NCBI RefSeq assembly: GCF_018977255.1
Contig: NW_024704742.1
Location: forward strand, 34,722,001-34,786,000
From: Callorhinchus milii
Taxonomy: Eukaryota
DNA length: 64,000 bases
Direction: 5' to 3'
Notes under the pieces: generated by a model
What the model saw: the letters and a program-made list of their open reading frames with translations, nothing else
Database searches by the model: none
Told to the model about the DNA's origin: nothing
Part shown: one piece after another, positions 36,901 through 50,500 of the stretch
Layout: every line of letters starts with the position of its first letter
Numbering within the stretch: the stretch's first letter is position 1
Translations under genes and position numbers: made by a program

Positions 36901-38531
36901 TTTCTCTTGCTCCAAAACATATGTTCCCAAAAACGAAAGCAACACCCTGACAAATGTTGAGGGCGATGGAATTAAAGTGCCAACGTAAAGCTTTAGACTT
37001 CTGATAGCCTTGATTTGAAGCCAAGAATCCAGACACCCATATAACCGGAAGGCTTTCTAGTATATTCTACAAATAGAATTTACCCATATATATGTATATA
37101 TATATTTAAATACTATTCTTCTCTTTGATGAAAGATGAACATTACATATTAAACTAAAACATGTTTTATATAATAAATAATATTGCTCTGTTAATTCAAA
37201 GAATTTAATTCTGTGGATGGGATCTTTAAATCCATTTTTTTTGGCAGGTAGGTTATACCAATGAACTAGATATATTGCACTTAGCAAAAAGCCATTTCTT
37301 TATAAAGTGCAGTAGAGTTTTGTAAGCATTACACAACATCAAAATTAACAAGCATTAGATGGTAATAGCACGCATGAATTCAAGCATGACTTGAATTCAC
37401 GCCCAAATAATTTCTGATGCGTCACAGTCACCAATTGCTGCATGGTTTTTCATGTGGGAACAAAATGCAAGCCCAAACCAACTTGCTCCACTAAACGCAC
37501 CTTCTCCTGACCAATCATGGAGCAGGATTGATTGTGGTATGGACTCCAGAGCACCATGCCCTCCTGGCAGAGAAGAGGTTCCAGTTGGCTTACGTAAGGA
37601 GAAACATAACGCAAAACACATGATTTTACCAAATACTACTAATTTTCAACCACTTCTTTTTTAAAAAAATCACAGCATTTCTACTGGACAGAGTACATCT
37701 TTAGTAATCAGTTTGGGAAGCATGAACACTTTTCCATCCCTGCAAATTAATAAATCAAAGAGGATCTTCCTTACCTGAGACTAAATGCCTGCCTTACACT
37801 AGTATGAATAAGGTCAAATAGGACTGAGATGAACCCTTTTGATCTGCGTGTTCTTTAGTACTCAGGATCAGTCAATGAGAGGTATTGATTAACTGTGATA
37901 AACACGGTCAGACAACTGAGGTGAGGTTCTGACTGATTATCAAAAGTTGCAAAGAGAAGTCTTTAAGAGATTTAAAGTGATCAATGAAAACATACAGGCA
38001 AAGAAATCAAGAGTAACTTACGTGAAGACACCGAATACTTATCTCAAATTGTAAATAAGTCAACACAAGTCTAAAAACAGATATATAAATAGATCTAAGG
38101 CAACCAGGGCAGGGACAAAACTCAGGTCATCTGAAGGCAATTTGTCTGTTAATCTTTGGAGAAGTAATCAATGACATTGTATGTTATTGCACATGCAACG
38201 CACACAATGGTGCCGTTTCAAAACCAGAGCCAATAGGAAAACCAACAGTTAATACATGGTCGCAGTGTGAGAAAATCTATTTAGACATGTAGAGGACAGA
38301 ATCTCCAGTGTCTCCAAAGGTTTGAGCAATAAACCTTCAAAAGTAAGTAGGTTTTAATTTGCTCCAGCCCCAGTGGTAATGCTGTGAAATGGTGGAACAG
38401 GTGTATTATAAACATACAGAACATATCTAAAAAAGTAAGATTGTTTACAGGCCATACTTCACTCCTTCATACTTTGATTTAGAACTGTACACGTCCATAA
38501 AAGCAGGAAGAGCTTCTAGGACTGGTTTCCA
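33925..38531 (-). other. CNOT6L: Probable long 3'UTR of CNOT6L
   Basis: About 4.6 kb AT-rich stretch after the stop codon, nearly free of recognisable repeats (one SINE piece at ~34475-34600). Minus-strand AATAAA at 33950-33955; multiple miRNA seed matches. The 3' end is inferred. Confidence 0.55.
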
Positions 38532-41500
38532 CTATCTCCTACACGGTAAGTGCACACCGTTTATCAATGATGGCAACAAAAGGTGGAGTTCAAGTTGTAT
38601 TAACAGTGAAAAATGGTCTGAAGGAATATGAGGGTGAGGACATCCAGTGATACAGTTTTCCACAAGCCACTGAGGATCCAAAGGCCCAAGAACTCCCAGC
38701 ACATTCATTCGAGTCTTCGAATAGAAAATGTAGTCAATAACACCCTGGATGGAATGAAGTAAAAGGGAAAACAGGTTAAAATGTAAAAGAAAACACAAAT
38801 ACAGTGACCAAATTTAACTTGTACATTTTACATTTAAGTTAGTTACAAATGCATTCTTTTTGGGGGGCAGCCAGGTATCTTGACACATGCAGAAATCCAT
38901 CACCGTGCTTAAGAAATCAAACAGAGTTTCATGAATCCTACCTATACGGGGAAATTTCCGACATATTTATTGGAATGGAATGAGTACTCTCTCCCTGGAG
39001 GGAGGCATCTTGCTTACCTAATTCTGGAGAGTATTAGATGCAGGTCGGCAAGAGCCAAGCCCGGGGACCCCAGAGTGTGAGTTAGATTACTGGTGGAGTC
39101 TAGCCAGCTAAAACCACAAGCTTGCCATTGAGAGCACTCTCTGGCAAGCTTTCCTACTGCTCTCTTCTTCTTTCTTTCCAAATCGTGCCTGTGAGCTAGA
39201 CTAGCTGAACTGTCATTAGCAATGCCCTAGAGTACTGCGGACCTGCCTGGCTCAGGACTGAACAACCAAGACCACCACAGAGGGTTGGCTCGATTCTGAC
39301 ATTCTATTACCAAACACGTCACCTTAGAACCAGTTCAGCTCCAAGTTCACCTCCCAATTCTTTCTTATTAAATTCAAACCCAAATTCATTCTTATTAATG
39401 GCAGATAATTATAACCTTCATCAATGATTATGTAGACATTAAGAGCACTATTCCCGTATTTGTTGATGACACTAAAATTACTGTCCAACTGAGTTCCAGA
39501 GGAGATGGCAATGCAAGCTATTTTGAACAGGTGGTTCGGTTGTACTGAAAGTGCAGTGTTATGCACTTATGGCTCAAGAATCCCTAATTTGACTACTTTA
39601 TGGGAGGAGTTTCCCTTAGGACAGTTGGATCAGGATGCCTGAAGGTGAGCACTGATCACACTTTGAAGTATCAACAGTCGGGATAAGCCGTCATAGCAAC
39701 AACAACAACAAGATTCCATTTATAGAGCGCCTTTCACGTCAGGAGGACGTCCCAAGGCGCTGTACAGTTGGGTCAGGACCCGAGCAGGGGAGAAATGGTC
39801 AGGGTGAGGGGAGGGAAGGGAGAGAGCGAGGAGGAGTTAGAGAGTCGAGAGGGGAGCCGAAGGCAGATAGTAGATTCCAAATAGCCAGGGACAACTGTAC
39901 ACATGGATGTATACAGCAGATAGTAGATTACAAATTTAAAGTCTATCTTGAGACTGTTTCATGCTTTGCAACAGCCTCATCTTGAATACTGTGTGCAGTT
40001 CTGGGCTCCCTACCCAGTTAAGGATAGAGATACTTGAGAGAGTTTAGAGAGGAGCCACCAGGCTAATTCCGTTGCTTGAAGTGCAACCTTATAGCTAAAA
40101 AGCTTGAGGAATGAGGCCTGTTCACAATGTAATGGAAGAGGGATCTCATTGAGGTCCACAAGATCCTGCATGGAATTAATAGAATGGCATGCGACAAATT
40201 CTTCACAGGTAACGCCACATGCTTGAGAGAGAAAAAAATTTGATGATGCACCATTTCACCCAAATAGTGATGGATGTCTGGAACAGGTTGTACTGTTTAT
40301 ACAAATAGGATCTTCTTCAAGAGAGAAATCCAGACAGATTTCTTAAAAGAAATGAGCAGCTATAGACTGAGAGTTTAATCTGCCATGTAATGTCCTTTGC
40401 AGTGTAATAGGGATTGTTAGCACTGCTCCAATGTTGGTGTTGACTAACCTCTCTCCTGTAGCTCACTTTACTGCCAATAAGTAAACACAGATGAAATTTC
40501 CAGGAAAAAAAACGTTTTCCTGAATCAGTGATAAGAGTTTTTTTGCTTTTCTCTGTTTTTTCACCTCCCATATGAGAGGACCAAGTATTAGAACCAGGGA
40601 AGTTAGGAAGGCATATATTGTAAGGAGCAGGAGTTGTTTCCAGGGAGTCACCTCAACGGGTCTCTGTGCTTTTTTTTTCATTTTGCCATCTATTTATCTA
40701 GATGCCGGACGTTTTAGAACATTTAAGATATGTGGGTTTTGCATTCATTTGTCATAGAATGTGACCGTCTTTTGGCTAACATTAGGAACCCAGTCAGCAA
40801 TATATTAAAATGGTGTAGTTTTGATGCTTATCTTTGACAAATGGTGCGGTTATGGTAATCTGCTTCAACATACCTTATTTTTAAGTAACACAAAAACAAA
40901 TGAAGTGTGCAAAATAGATCAGTGTCCAACGGAGTAAATCAAACCCAAAACATAGGAAACCACAACTTACTTTGAAGTCAAAAGTGTAATTTGTGTAAGG
41001 CATCAGGCTATTTTCGTACGCACTCTTGAGATGGAAATCATGAGTAATTCTGCCATCAGAAGTTCCATTCTTCCCATTGCAGCTGAATTTCATTAGACAC
41101 TGGTTGTACCTCAGCTCCTTAAAGTCTTTGTGATTCTGTTCAACACCTCCAGTACTCAAGTATTCCACAACACCTGCACAAACAAGAGGCAATGTGGTGA
41201 GCTAGAACACCGCTCTTCAATTACAAGTGTGCAGATCTGCTCTTCCCACATTATAATACAGATGCAGGCATGTCGTCACAACTTGCATTTATATAGCGCC
41301 CCTCACGCAGAGTAGCGCTGCAGAAGTGCTTGCCAGTGGCAGAGCACAACGCTGAGCTGGAGGATAGAAATGCATATTTTCAACTCAAAAAAAGCATTCA
41401 CTTAAAACCCAAATAAAAAAAGTTTTACAAGAACAATGTTTTAATTGCAATATCTTGTCCTTGGTCATCTTACCTGAATTGGGCAGGGAATTGAGATCGG

Positions 41501-44500
41501 CACACAGCACCAAAGGAATGGAATTAGGGTCTGCAGAAGGGAAACCTGGCCTAAGAGAGTTAGCTGACTTCTCCAGGATGCTTTTGAGTTCAGAGACTAT
41601 CATCATAGTCTGGATGAGCTTCACATCTGAGTACTCTGGATCCCAGTGCATATGTGCATTGGCCACTAAAATTAGTTGCTTTTCTGTTCCATGAAGTGCC
41701 TTTACACCTGAAAATAATACTGCATTTAGAACATGTAATGAGATAAATATCAAATATTTTTATGAAGAAAATTGATTGCAGATTCAACAAAAACAAATTG
41801 CATTTATACAGTGTCCTTCACGCTGGGTAGCATCCCGGAGAGGTTTTCTGATTCACAAATGTCAAGATTAATTTTATATACGATAGCATTTTATTGTAGA
41901 GCTGGGAGGCCATTATTGTATGCAAAAGTCTGAATACTGTTTCTTCACTGTGACATGAGACAGAAATCTATTGTTTCCCTAATTGCCAGTGAAACAATGC
42001 TATTACTACAGCACACAGAGTCTCAAATGTAAAACAACCTCATAACTTGTCTATGGAAGAGCTTTTATTGCGTAGTGCTAGAGAAGGTATCAGTGAAGAA
42101 AAGTCTAACTTACTATCACCACTGTTGGATAGTCCTTTAAGAGAAAATTGACAATTAACAAAAGGGCCAATAATAAGGACAGGAAGTATAAAACGAAACT
42201 GGGAGTGGGCAAAGTGTGTGGTTATAGTGGTGAATTGATTGTTTGGATTGACAAATAAAGAAGCTTACTAACACACCCTTGATTTGGATTGAGTTATTAT
42301 ACAACCGTCAATCATCAATTCAATAAAATGCAGACAAATAATGTATTTAATAACAAATGACAGACTCAAATCTAGATCTTGGCAAGAGTATTTCACAATT
42401 TGGGCTCATGCAACCATTTTTTCGCACTTTTCCCTGGCTATCTGACTAATGGGAGAAATCAGAATCAAACCAATTCTCATCAAACATTCATACAGCAGAG
42501 TCTCAATGCAGAGATAATAAGCAGGAATGCAGGCTGATTTTCTTCTCCCTGTTCCAGGGATACTAAAGTCAATAGTAGCACCCCAACTGCTTCGTTGGCT
42601 GAAATCATTCGATTCAGCTTGGTGAGGATTTGAAGCTCACAACCTTCCAGTTAGTTAGTTAATTAGTTAGTGTAGCCCAGGGCTATACCAGGTGTACCTT
42701 CAAGGCCAGTCTCAAGATCCTCCTCTTCGATCATGCATTCGGTTGCCCTCCCACCTCTCTGCCTTCCCTCACCTCTACCCCACCCCCATGCTCGAGTCCT
42801 GAACCCTGACTGTCCAGTGCCTTGGTATGTCCTCCCGACGTGAAAGGCGCTCTATAAATGTAATTTTGTTGTTGTTGTTGCCTTAATCCACTAGGCCACT
42901 GGAAGATAGTAGTTAGAAATTTTAACAAATATTTTAAATATAGTTTGTTTTTTCACAGCATTGCAAAGGGCAATTTAAGGATAAGATGTACAGTCCTACC
43001 CACTTATCCTTTTATGTTGACATTGAGCTTATATCGACAAAAAAGTGAAGTCGATATAAGTGAGATGTTGACATAAACTCTTCTCTGCACATTAATACTG
43101 TAGCTCAGTGGTTAGAGCACTCACTTTGCAAGCGAGAGACTTGGGTTCGATTCCTGGCAGGGTGAAACCTTGGGCAAGTTTCCTTACTCCACACGCCTGA
43201 TAATAATCCCTCAAGAAAAAAACAATAATAAATCGGTCGCTTCAATCTACTACTGTTTGTGGGACACTGCTGTGCACAATTGGCTGCTGCATTTTCCCCA
43301 CAAATATAGTCAATTCACTTTACAGTCTATTCTGTGAAGCGCTTTGAGATGTATAGAAGACGTGAAAAGCGCTATATCAAATGCAAGCATTATTATTAGT
43401 AGTAGTTTTGTATATAAGTGAATGTTTTTTTGTAAATAAGGTAACTAAATACAAGTAAATAAATGGTTCAGAAATGTTAATTAAACGTAGATCTATTTTT
43501 AAAATAAATCAATGAAAATATATATATATACATGGTACAAAATTTTTAATCACAGAATATCTATTGTTCGCTTGTGACCGCCTATGTCAACAAAACTTGA
43601 ATGATCCCTGACATGTCGAGATAAGTGGGTCGGACTGTATTTCTTTACATAATTAATGACTGGAACAGGTTACTAGAAAAGGTGGTTGAGGTCAGTACAC
43701 TTTAAAAAGCAGCTTGATGCTGTGATGGGAAAACTGTGGGCGAGTATTCTGGAATAATAAAATCAAATCGCCCAAAGGGACTTTTTCACTTGAACCTCTC
43801 TTGTGATCTTAGTTTTTCAAACTTTGTATACCAGTGAGTAATCATTCTTGCTGGCAGTTGACAAAATAGCAGTAGTGACAGAAGTCAAGTCTCTGCTCTT
43901 TTGACCAGTGCTTGATAAATAGAATTTGGGAGCCTGAAGACAAGTATATACTTCTGGATCAGGTGGTTCTGGGTTCAATCCCCACTTAGGAACTGGAGGT
44001 AGTTGATGAAATTGTTTTTCCGATGCCACATTAGCCAAAACCCTGTCTGCTTGGTTGATAAATGCCTGTCAGCCAAATAATCATAATAAATTGTAAATGG
44101 ATGAAGATACCCTTGTGTTTATGAGAACAGATTCAAATTAAAACTATTAGTGCCTGGTTTCTCCCACCTGCCCTCAGTATAAACAGGATGCTTAAATTAA
44201 TTTGGTTACTCTAATCAAGAATCTGCAACTGTATATTTTCACTTCTGTATTTTACAGGAAAAACAAACTTTGCACAAACAGCTTGGTTGGAGTGATTCAT
44301 CCAATGCTGTGTTTCTTTTGCAACATAGTTCTATAATGCATTCACAAGACTCTTCTATAAATGCTTGCTACTGAATTTTACTAATATCAAATAAATGTGA
44401 AAAATTCCAAAACACAACAACTCGCATTTGCAGCTTGATGATGTAATTGGAAGACTGTGGGTGAGTATCCTGGAAAGATTAAATATTGCCTACAGGGTGC

Positions 44501-47500
44501 TGTGCTCCTTGAAAATTCTGACGATTTGGGTTCCACTGTGATGAAATATTTGATTGCTTTATAACGGAAGTTGAAAACGGTGATGGCAGTGGAATTTCCC
44601 ACAGAAAAAAAAACAATTCCTACAATCTCCGGAAGTATTACCCTCACCTATACTGACTCACTTACTGTCAGTTGACAAAAGAGCAGCAGTGACAGGTCAA
44701 GTCTCTGCTCCCATTTCCAACCTACCCTTCCTGCTAAAGTCCTGTAACGCATTGTTGCGGGTCAACTTCGGTCACACCTCTCCCTCCACTCCCTCCTTGA
44801 GCCCCTCCAGTCTGGTTTTCGCCCTGCCCACAGCACAGACAGCGCTTGTCAAAATCACAAACAATGTCCTCTCTATCTGTGACCAGGGCTCCCTCTGCCT
44901 CCACCGCCTCTCCTTCGTCATCCACCTTAGTGGGACTGCACTCACATGGTTCGAGTTCTACTTAACCAACTGCCTCCACTTCATCTTGGCAAATGGTTTC
45001 TTCTCCCACACCCATCCCGCCAGTCACGTGCGGGGTACCTCAGGGCTCCATCCTTGGCCCCATTCTTTTCCTTATTTACATGCTCCCTCTGGGCGATGTC
45101 ATCCGCAGACACGGGGTAAAACTTCCACGTGTTTGCGGATGACAAACAAATCTACTTTGCCTCCTCCAGCAGCGACTCCAGGTCCGCAAATGTTCTATCA
45201 GTTTTTCTGGCAGAAATCAGGGCCTGAATGAGTGCAAACTACCTGCAGCTGAATGTGGACAAGACGGAAGCCATACTACTTTGCTCCCGTCAACATCTTC
45301 ACTCCTGCAGATCTGAACTCCTCAACCTCCCCAGCCTCCCCCAACGAATCACCAAACCAGCGTACAATCTAAGAGTCCGGTTCGATCCCAAGCTTTCCCC
45401 ACATCTGGTCCGTGACCAGGACCACCTTCCTCCAACTCCGCCACATTGCCCGCCTCCAATCGTACCTTAACCCAAATCCAGCCAAAACCCTTGTGCATGT
45501 GTTTGTTACCTCCCGCCTGGATTACTCAAACGCACTCCTCCCATGTATCCCCAGCTCCACTATTCAAAAGATCCATCTCATTCAGAACTCTGCTGCCTGC
45601 ATACTTACCTGGACCAAACTCCATACCCACATCTCACCAGTTCTGGCTAGGCTCTGCATCATCAAACGGATCAACTTCAAGATACTCACACTCGTTTTCA
45701 AATCCCTCACTCCCTACCTCTCCGACCTCCTCACTCCCCAATCCACCACTCCGTGCCTCCGCTCGACTAACACTGGCCTCCTACTTCTCCCTCGCACCCT
45801 CCGCTCTACCAATGGAGGTTGAGTATTTATCCTCTATGTTCCAAAACTCTGGCACACTCTCCTTCAATCCCTCTGTCTTTCCCCCCTCTCCACCTTTTCA
45901 AGTCCCACCTGAAAACCTTTCTTTTCAACCGTGCTTATGGTCACCTCCCCCAGCACCCACCTGGCTCGGAGTCAGGCTCCGTCACTGTTAAGCGCTCTGA
46001 GACACTACCCTGCACGGAGGGCGCTATAAAGTGCGTGTTGTTGTTTGGACCAGTGCTTGATAAATAGAATTTGGAGGCTTGAAGAAGGAGTGGGAGGAGG
46101 AAGAATAGGAATGTGGGTATGTGTGTGTGGGTGTTGTGTGTGTTGTGTATGTGTTTAGAGGGTAAGAATAAAAGACAGTGTGGCTTTTAAGATGCACCAT
46201 AGGAAAGTGCAACAAACATTTTTGGAAAGTCTGACTATTTTTACATTTTAAAATGAAAACAAAACCCAAATAAAACTATAAATTATAGCTTTAGTAATTA
46301 GAATAACAAGGGCATTTGTTTTTTTTAAGAAATTGACAATAAACATACCTCCAAACAGATCTTTATGGACCTCCAACAGGACTGCGACGCCAATATTATC
46401 TTTCGTCATCACTCGATTCAGCATGGCTTCAGATCCTTCGGAGTTGGCCATTGCTAACTGGTTGAATTCCACACTGTGTTTCTGCACCAGTGTAAATCTG
46501 AGGGGAGAGCAAACATATTGCATGAATTGCGCTATGCAGTTCTGAGCACTCTGAGACGCTATCCTGCACGTGAGACGCTATGTAAATGTAAGTTGTTGTT
46601 TTTGTATTCAAGCAGAGCTGTGCAAAGCATGAACATTCAGTTGGAGAATAAATCAATGGGTAAACTATCAGTACCTAGGATTAAAAATATGAGCTCCGAT
46701 TCAAGACGCCATCCGGCGTGAAGGGCACTATATAAATGCAAGTTGTTGTTGTATGTAGATGGGATAATTGGAATTCCATCCCAGAATCCCACTATATTGC
46801 CCCCCTTCCCCCATCGACAAAATGCATCTTTTCAACTGCACTTTTTGGACGTCCTCACCCCCCACCACACACATACCCAGCACCCCACTCAACTCTAGCT
46901 CCCAGTCAGGTAGTGAAGCGCTTTGAGACATCCACTCACAGAAAGCTGCTATATAAATGTAACTTGCTAATATTGATACACAGTGGGAAGAACTTTCTTA
47001 GAATGAGAAAATTGGATTATGCGTTAATAATAATAATATCATATTACATTTGGTGTAGCACCTTTCACGTCAGGAGGAAGTCCTAAAGCACTTCACAGGA
47101 AATGCTTTGAGTTTTGGGGGTGAAGTTTGTCAAGAAATTAGTTAAAGAGAAAATTGTTAAGAGTTAATGGTGCTACATTTTACAAATTTGGTATTTTATC
47201 AATGTAAAAAAAAATCAAGTGCTCTAGTACTCACATAGGAATGTAGGAATTAGGCCATTCGGCCCCTCGAGCCTGCCCCGCCATTCAATAAGATCATAGC
47301 TGATCTTCTAACCTAACTCCATCTGCTCGCCTTATCCCCATATCCCTTAATCCCTCTATCCTTTAGAAATCTATCAATCTCAGTCTTGAATATGTTCAAG
47401 GACTGAGCATCTACAGCCTTCTGGGGTAGAGAATTCCATAAATTCACTACCCTCTGAGTGAAGAAGTGTTTCCTCAACTCTGTTCGAAAGGGCTGTCCCT

Positions 47501-50500
47501 TAATCTTAAGACTGTGACCCCTAGTACTGGATTCTCCTACCAGGGGAAACAGTCTCACACTGTCTACACTGTCAAGCCCCATAAGAATCTTATATGTTTC
47601 TGTAAGATCTCCCCTAATTCTATATTCTAGAGAATATAGGCCTAGTTTACTCAACCTATCCTCATAGGTCAACCCCCTCATCCCAGGAACTAATCCAGTG
47701 AATCTACACTGCACCCCCTCTAAGGCGAGTGTGTCCTTTCTTAAATAAGGAGACCACAACTGCACACAATACCCTAAGTGCGGTCTCACCAAGGCCCTAT
47801 ACAGTTGCAGCAAGACTTCCCTACTCTTGTATTTTAACCCTTTTGCAATAAACGCCAACAAGCTGTTAGCCCTCCTAGTTGCTTGCTGTATCTGCATACT
47901 AACTTTTTGTGACTGGTGTACAAGGACACCCAAATCCCTCTGAACAGTAACACTATCTAGTCTCTCCCCCTCTAGAAAATAATCTGCTTTTCTGTTTTTA
48001 CTACCTAGGTGAATAACTTCACACTTCCCCACATTATATTCCATCTGCCACCTTCTTGCCCACTCACCGAGCTTATCTAAATCTCTTTGCAATCTTTTTA
48101 TGTCATCTTCAGATCTTAATCTCCCACCTAGCTTAGTATTATCCGCGAATTTAGATATTTTAAGTTCGATGTCCTCGTCTAGATCATTGATATAGATTGT
48201 AAATAGTTGAGGACCAAGCACTGATCCTTGTGGCTCTCCACTACTCACAACCCGCCAATCTGAGAAGGAGCCGTTTATCCCTACTCTCTGTTTTCTTCCC
48301 GTTAGCCACTCTTCGATCCATGCTAATATATTGCCTTTAATTCCATGGGCCCTAATCTTGTGTAGCAGCCTTTTATGTGGCACCTTGTTGAATGCCTTCT
48401 GAAAATCTAAATATATTACATCTACTGATTCCCCCTATCTAACCTGCTAGTTACATCCTCAAAGAACTCTAAAAGATTTGTTAAGCATGACTTCCCTTTT
48501 GTAAAGCCATGTTGACTCTGCCTAATCATGTTATGGTCTTCTAAGTGCCCCACTACAACATCCCTAATTAAGGATTCTAGAATTTTCCCTACCACCGAAG
48601 ACAGACTGACTGGTCTATAGTACCCCATCTTCTCTCTCCCACCCTTCTTAAATAGTGGTGTTACGTTTGTGATCTTGCAATCAATGAGAACCGTTCCAGA
48701 ATCCAGAGAAATTTGGAAGATCAAAAACAAGTCATCCACTATCTCAGCAGCCACCTCTTTTAAAACCCTAGAATGCAGGCCATCAGGTCCAGGGGATTTA
48801 TCATTTTTCAATCCCAACAGTATCACTAGTACTAATTCTTTACTGATGTTAATTTTCCTAAGTTGCAGAACATGAAGACAGAAGCAAAGTATTTGTTTAA
48901 TGACTCTGCCATGTTTATCCCCCATTATAATTCCTCCTGTCTCTGCCTGTAATGGACCCACATTCACTTTTGATAGTCTCTTCCTCTTTATGTATTTGTA
49001 AAAACTCTTACAGTCTGTCTTTATGTTCCTAGCTAGTTTGCCCTCATAATCCATTCTCTCCCTCCTAATCAGTTTATTAGTTTTTCTTTGTTGGTCTCTG
49101 AAGCCCTCTGAATCCATGGGTTTACTGCTTTTTTTGGCAGTATTATAGGTCTCTTCTTTTAATTTTACACTTTCCCTAACTGCTCTAGTTAGCCATGGTT
49201 GAACCAGGTTTTCCGTGGTATTTTTATTCCTCAAGGGAATATGTGATCACTGGGTATTATGTACTATATCTTTAAAGGTTTGCCATTGCTGGTCTATTGT
49301 CATATCCTTTAATCTAATTTCCCAGTCTATTTTAGCTAAATCCTCTCTCATACCTGCAGAGTTGGCTCTATTTAAATTTAAGACCCTTGCTTCAGACTTA
49401 ACTACATCACTCTCTAACTTAATGCTAAATTCCATCATGTTATGGTCACTCTGCCCTAGAGGAGCCTTAATTTCCAGATTGCTGATTAGCCCTATTTCAT
49501 TACATAAAACAAGATCTAGGATAGCCTGTCCCCTGGTTGGTTCCTCAGCATATTGATCTAGAAAACTATCTCTAATGCATTGTATAAACTCCTCCTCTAA
49601 CTTACTTTTGCCAATTTGGTTTTTCCCAATCTATATGAAGATTAAAATCACCCACTATTAGTGTATTTCCTTTGCTACACGTTTCTCTAATTACCTGGTT
49701 AATACCCCTCGCAATACAGTGACTGTTGTTCGGGGGTCTATAAACTACTTCCACTAGTGATTTCTGCTATTCTGTTATTTCGTAATTCCACCCATACTGA
49801 CTCTACATCCTGATTTTCTGATTTAAAATCCTTCCTCTCTACTGTTTTTATCCCATCCTTTATTAGCAGGGCTACCCCCCACCCCCCACCCCGTTTTCCA
49901 TATTGCCTATCTTTCCTGTATTCCGAATACCCCGGAATATTTAGCTCCCACCTTTGATACCCCTGTAACCACGTCTCAGTAATGGCTACTAGATCATACC
50001 CGTTTGTTTCTATTTGTGCCATTAATTTGTCTATCTTATTACGAATGCCTTGTGTGTTCAGATATAGCGCCTTTAACTTTGACTTCTTGCTATTTCCCCT
50101 ACTCGCTAATGCCCTACTTTCTTTCCAGCGCCTCGGGATGTCCTCCCGACGTGAAAGGCGCTCCATAAATGTAATTTTGTTGTTTGTTGTTATTGTTTGC
50201 TGAGTTTCTTGGCCCTTCTTGACACACTCTGTTTATCTCCCTCTCTAATCTGCTCTACCACCGTCATCGTTCTTAGTTTTGCTGGTTTACTTCTAACTGT
50301 AACTGTAACCTTCCCTCCCCCCCTTAGAAATTTTTAAAGCTCTGCCGACCTCCCTATTTATTCGTTTTGCCAGGACATTGGTCCCAGCCCGGTTTAGGTG
50401 GAGCCCATCTCTATGGAATAGCTCCCTTTTCCCCCAATACTGGTGCCAGTGGCCCTTAAAATGAAACCCCTGCCCTCCGCATCACTCTTTCAGCCACGCA

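Noticed and set aside
47313..49234. RT ORFs as a functional or domesticated gene
   Set aside because: Frameshifts, stops, an internal deletion and FADN in place of FADD indicate a dead CR1 copy.
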